From assembly GCF_009914755.1 (NCBI RefSeq), contig NC_060930.1: DNA of 64,000 nt, one strand, 5' to 3'. The notes beneath the pieces are model-generated. The model was given only the letters and a program-made list of their open reading frames with translations. It had not been told where the DNA came from and did no database searches. The stretch comes from the human T2T-CHM13v2.0 reference genome, Homo sapiens. Positions 62,241 through 64,000 of this stretch are shown one piece after another; the first letter of the stretch is position 1; each line of letters starts with the position of its first letter. The translations under genes were made by a program, and so were the position numbers.

Positions 62241-64000
62241 TGGGAATGCCGAGTGAGGTGCCCTCTCAGCTCTCAGAGTCCTGCAGTACGTGCACACCTA
62301 CCAGCCCAGAATGTTAATTACACGCTGCCTTTAACAGCCTCCACTGCTGAGTCCCTGAAAGGGGGAGCTGGGATGCAAACCTGCAGGCAGCACGTAGCAG
62401 CCCCTTAGCCAACCCAGGGGCAGGAAGCAGAAGAACCTTTCAGTGTGATCACAGAGAGAGAGGCGCAGGACAGTCTTGTGTGTCCCGCAGGAGTGGCCAG
62501 TGTCCCTCATAGACCTCAAGAGCCAGAAGAGAGGCTGACCAGCTGGGCTGGGGAGTGCCTGGATAGAGAAAGCAGGGAGAGAAAGGACCCTGGGGAAGAG
62601 GAAGCTCGGGAGGGACAGAGGGAGGGAGGGAGGGAAGAGGTACTAAGAGACGAAAGATCCCTCAGGCCTCCCCACCCCCACCTCACTTTTTGCAGACAAT
62701 AATCCCCTTCTGCCCCTTCTGTCCTGAGATGAGGCAACCCCTCCCCCAACTCCACCCACAGCATCCTTTCAAGTTCATCAGCACCATCTATCACCACAGC
62801 CAAAAAGGTCTCAGTGCCTATTCCTGCTCCCTGAGCCCTGACCCAGCCCTGGCTTTCCAGCCAGCTGCAAGTGAGAAAAACTTACTCTTCTCTTCAAGAG
62901 CATTATAAAAACTGAGAATGCAACTTTCTCCTGAGTAATGAGAACTGTCTCTTTATGTCTAGCCCTTTCGTCCACCCCACCGTCTCGTGCTTTGCCTCTC
63001 CAGATCCTCCAGCCAAGATCCATCTTCAGATCAGGCATCCAAGTCAGATGGAGGAGGCCAGGCCTTGGCTGTGTAATCCAGGAGCTCCAATCTCAGCTGT
63101 TTGCTCCCCTCTTGGGAAAGGTACTGAATGGGCAAGCTCCTATTTCCCTCAGCCTCCACCCCTGCCCACGTTACTCAGGAAAGTCCTCATATCCATGCCC
63201 TCCTCCTCCCTCTCCAGCCAGCCACCCTGCCAGCCACTGCTCAGATGGGAAAAGGAGGTCGGGACGTTCCTGAGTAGTTAATAATAAGGGGGTGAGGGGC
63301 TATGATGGTAAATCCTTTGCCCAGATCCAGGTCACAGAGAGGCACTAGGCTCTTGAGGTCCCCAGAGACCTCTAGCGAGGTGACAGCTCAGTGGACCTGA
63401 GCTTTTCTGGCCCTCCATTCACTGGGGCCCAGGCTTCAGTGGCTTCTCTGAGATGCTGATGTGTTCTCAGCACTTTAGCAAGAGATGCTCCAGGCACAGG
63501 CTTTCTGCGGCTCTCTTCTTCCCATCCCACCACTGCATCCATTTGTGTCTTCACATAAGCGCACTCCACCCGGAATCACTAGGCTAGGCCTACACATGTG
63601 GGCACATGGACATATGCCAAACACATAATACACAGGCATGCATGAGTGCCTGCAGACAGAGATGCCTGCAAAAGGGAGCATTCAAGCACACAGGGCCCCA
63701 CATAGGCAGACAGCGCAGCGCTCCATAAATACAAATTAAATTAAATATGCACAAGCACACCCATGGCAAGTCATCAGGCCTCTGCTCTGCCCAAGGCAAG
63801 GGTGTTTGGGCTGAGCAGCCTCTGCACAGCTAAGGAGCTTTTGATTTGACAAAGAAATTACATTTCTTTCACATTAAAAAAGGCTTTGAAGATTCAAAGC
63901 CTCAGGCCAGAAAGCAGTGACCACCCAGGGAACAGGGGCAACAGGTCAAGCTTTCCTCTCCCTGCTCCTGTCACTGAGAGACCGTCTTCCTCCCTGGGGC

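Overview
Primate, very probably human or great-ape, non-coding DNA. It is CpG-depleted, has no CpG island, and shows no credible intact protein-coding exon. A large part is interspersed repeat: many MIR and L2 relics, six Alus, one young 5'-inverted L1PA, old L1M/HAL1/L3 pieces, MER5/MER103 DNA transposons, and many solo LTRs (MaLR MST/MLT1, MLT2, LTR16/18/33/40, LTR8, MER90). Several repeat-free, motif-dense blocks look like enhancers. The only real protein homology is a decayed gamma-type retroviral Env TM fragment (ISD plus CX6CC) fused to a truncated LTR at 1.95-2.48 kb. The most unusual structures are: (i) a 51-bp-arm near-perfect inverted repeat (21820-21955) abutting a 39-bp hairpin-unit minisatellite that a solo LTR8 has split, with relatives of the same L2-like unit at three other places; (ii) three independent short copies templated from 0.6-2 kb away, one of them stitched from two donors; (iii) a 21-bp-period E-box array. 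Repeat family names come from recalled consensus sequences and need RepeatMasker/Dfam confirmation. I cannot determine the chromosomal locus.
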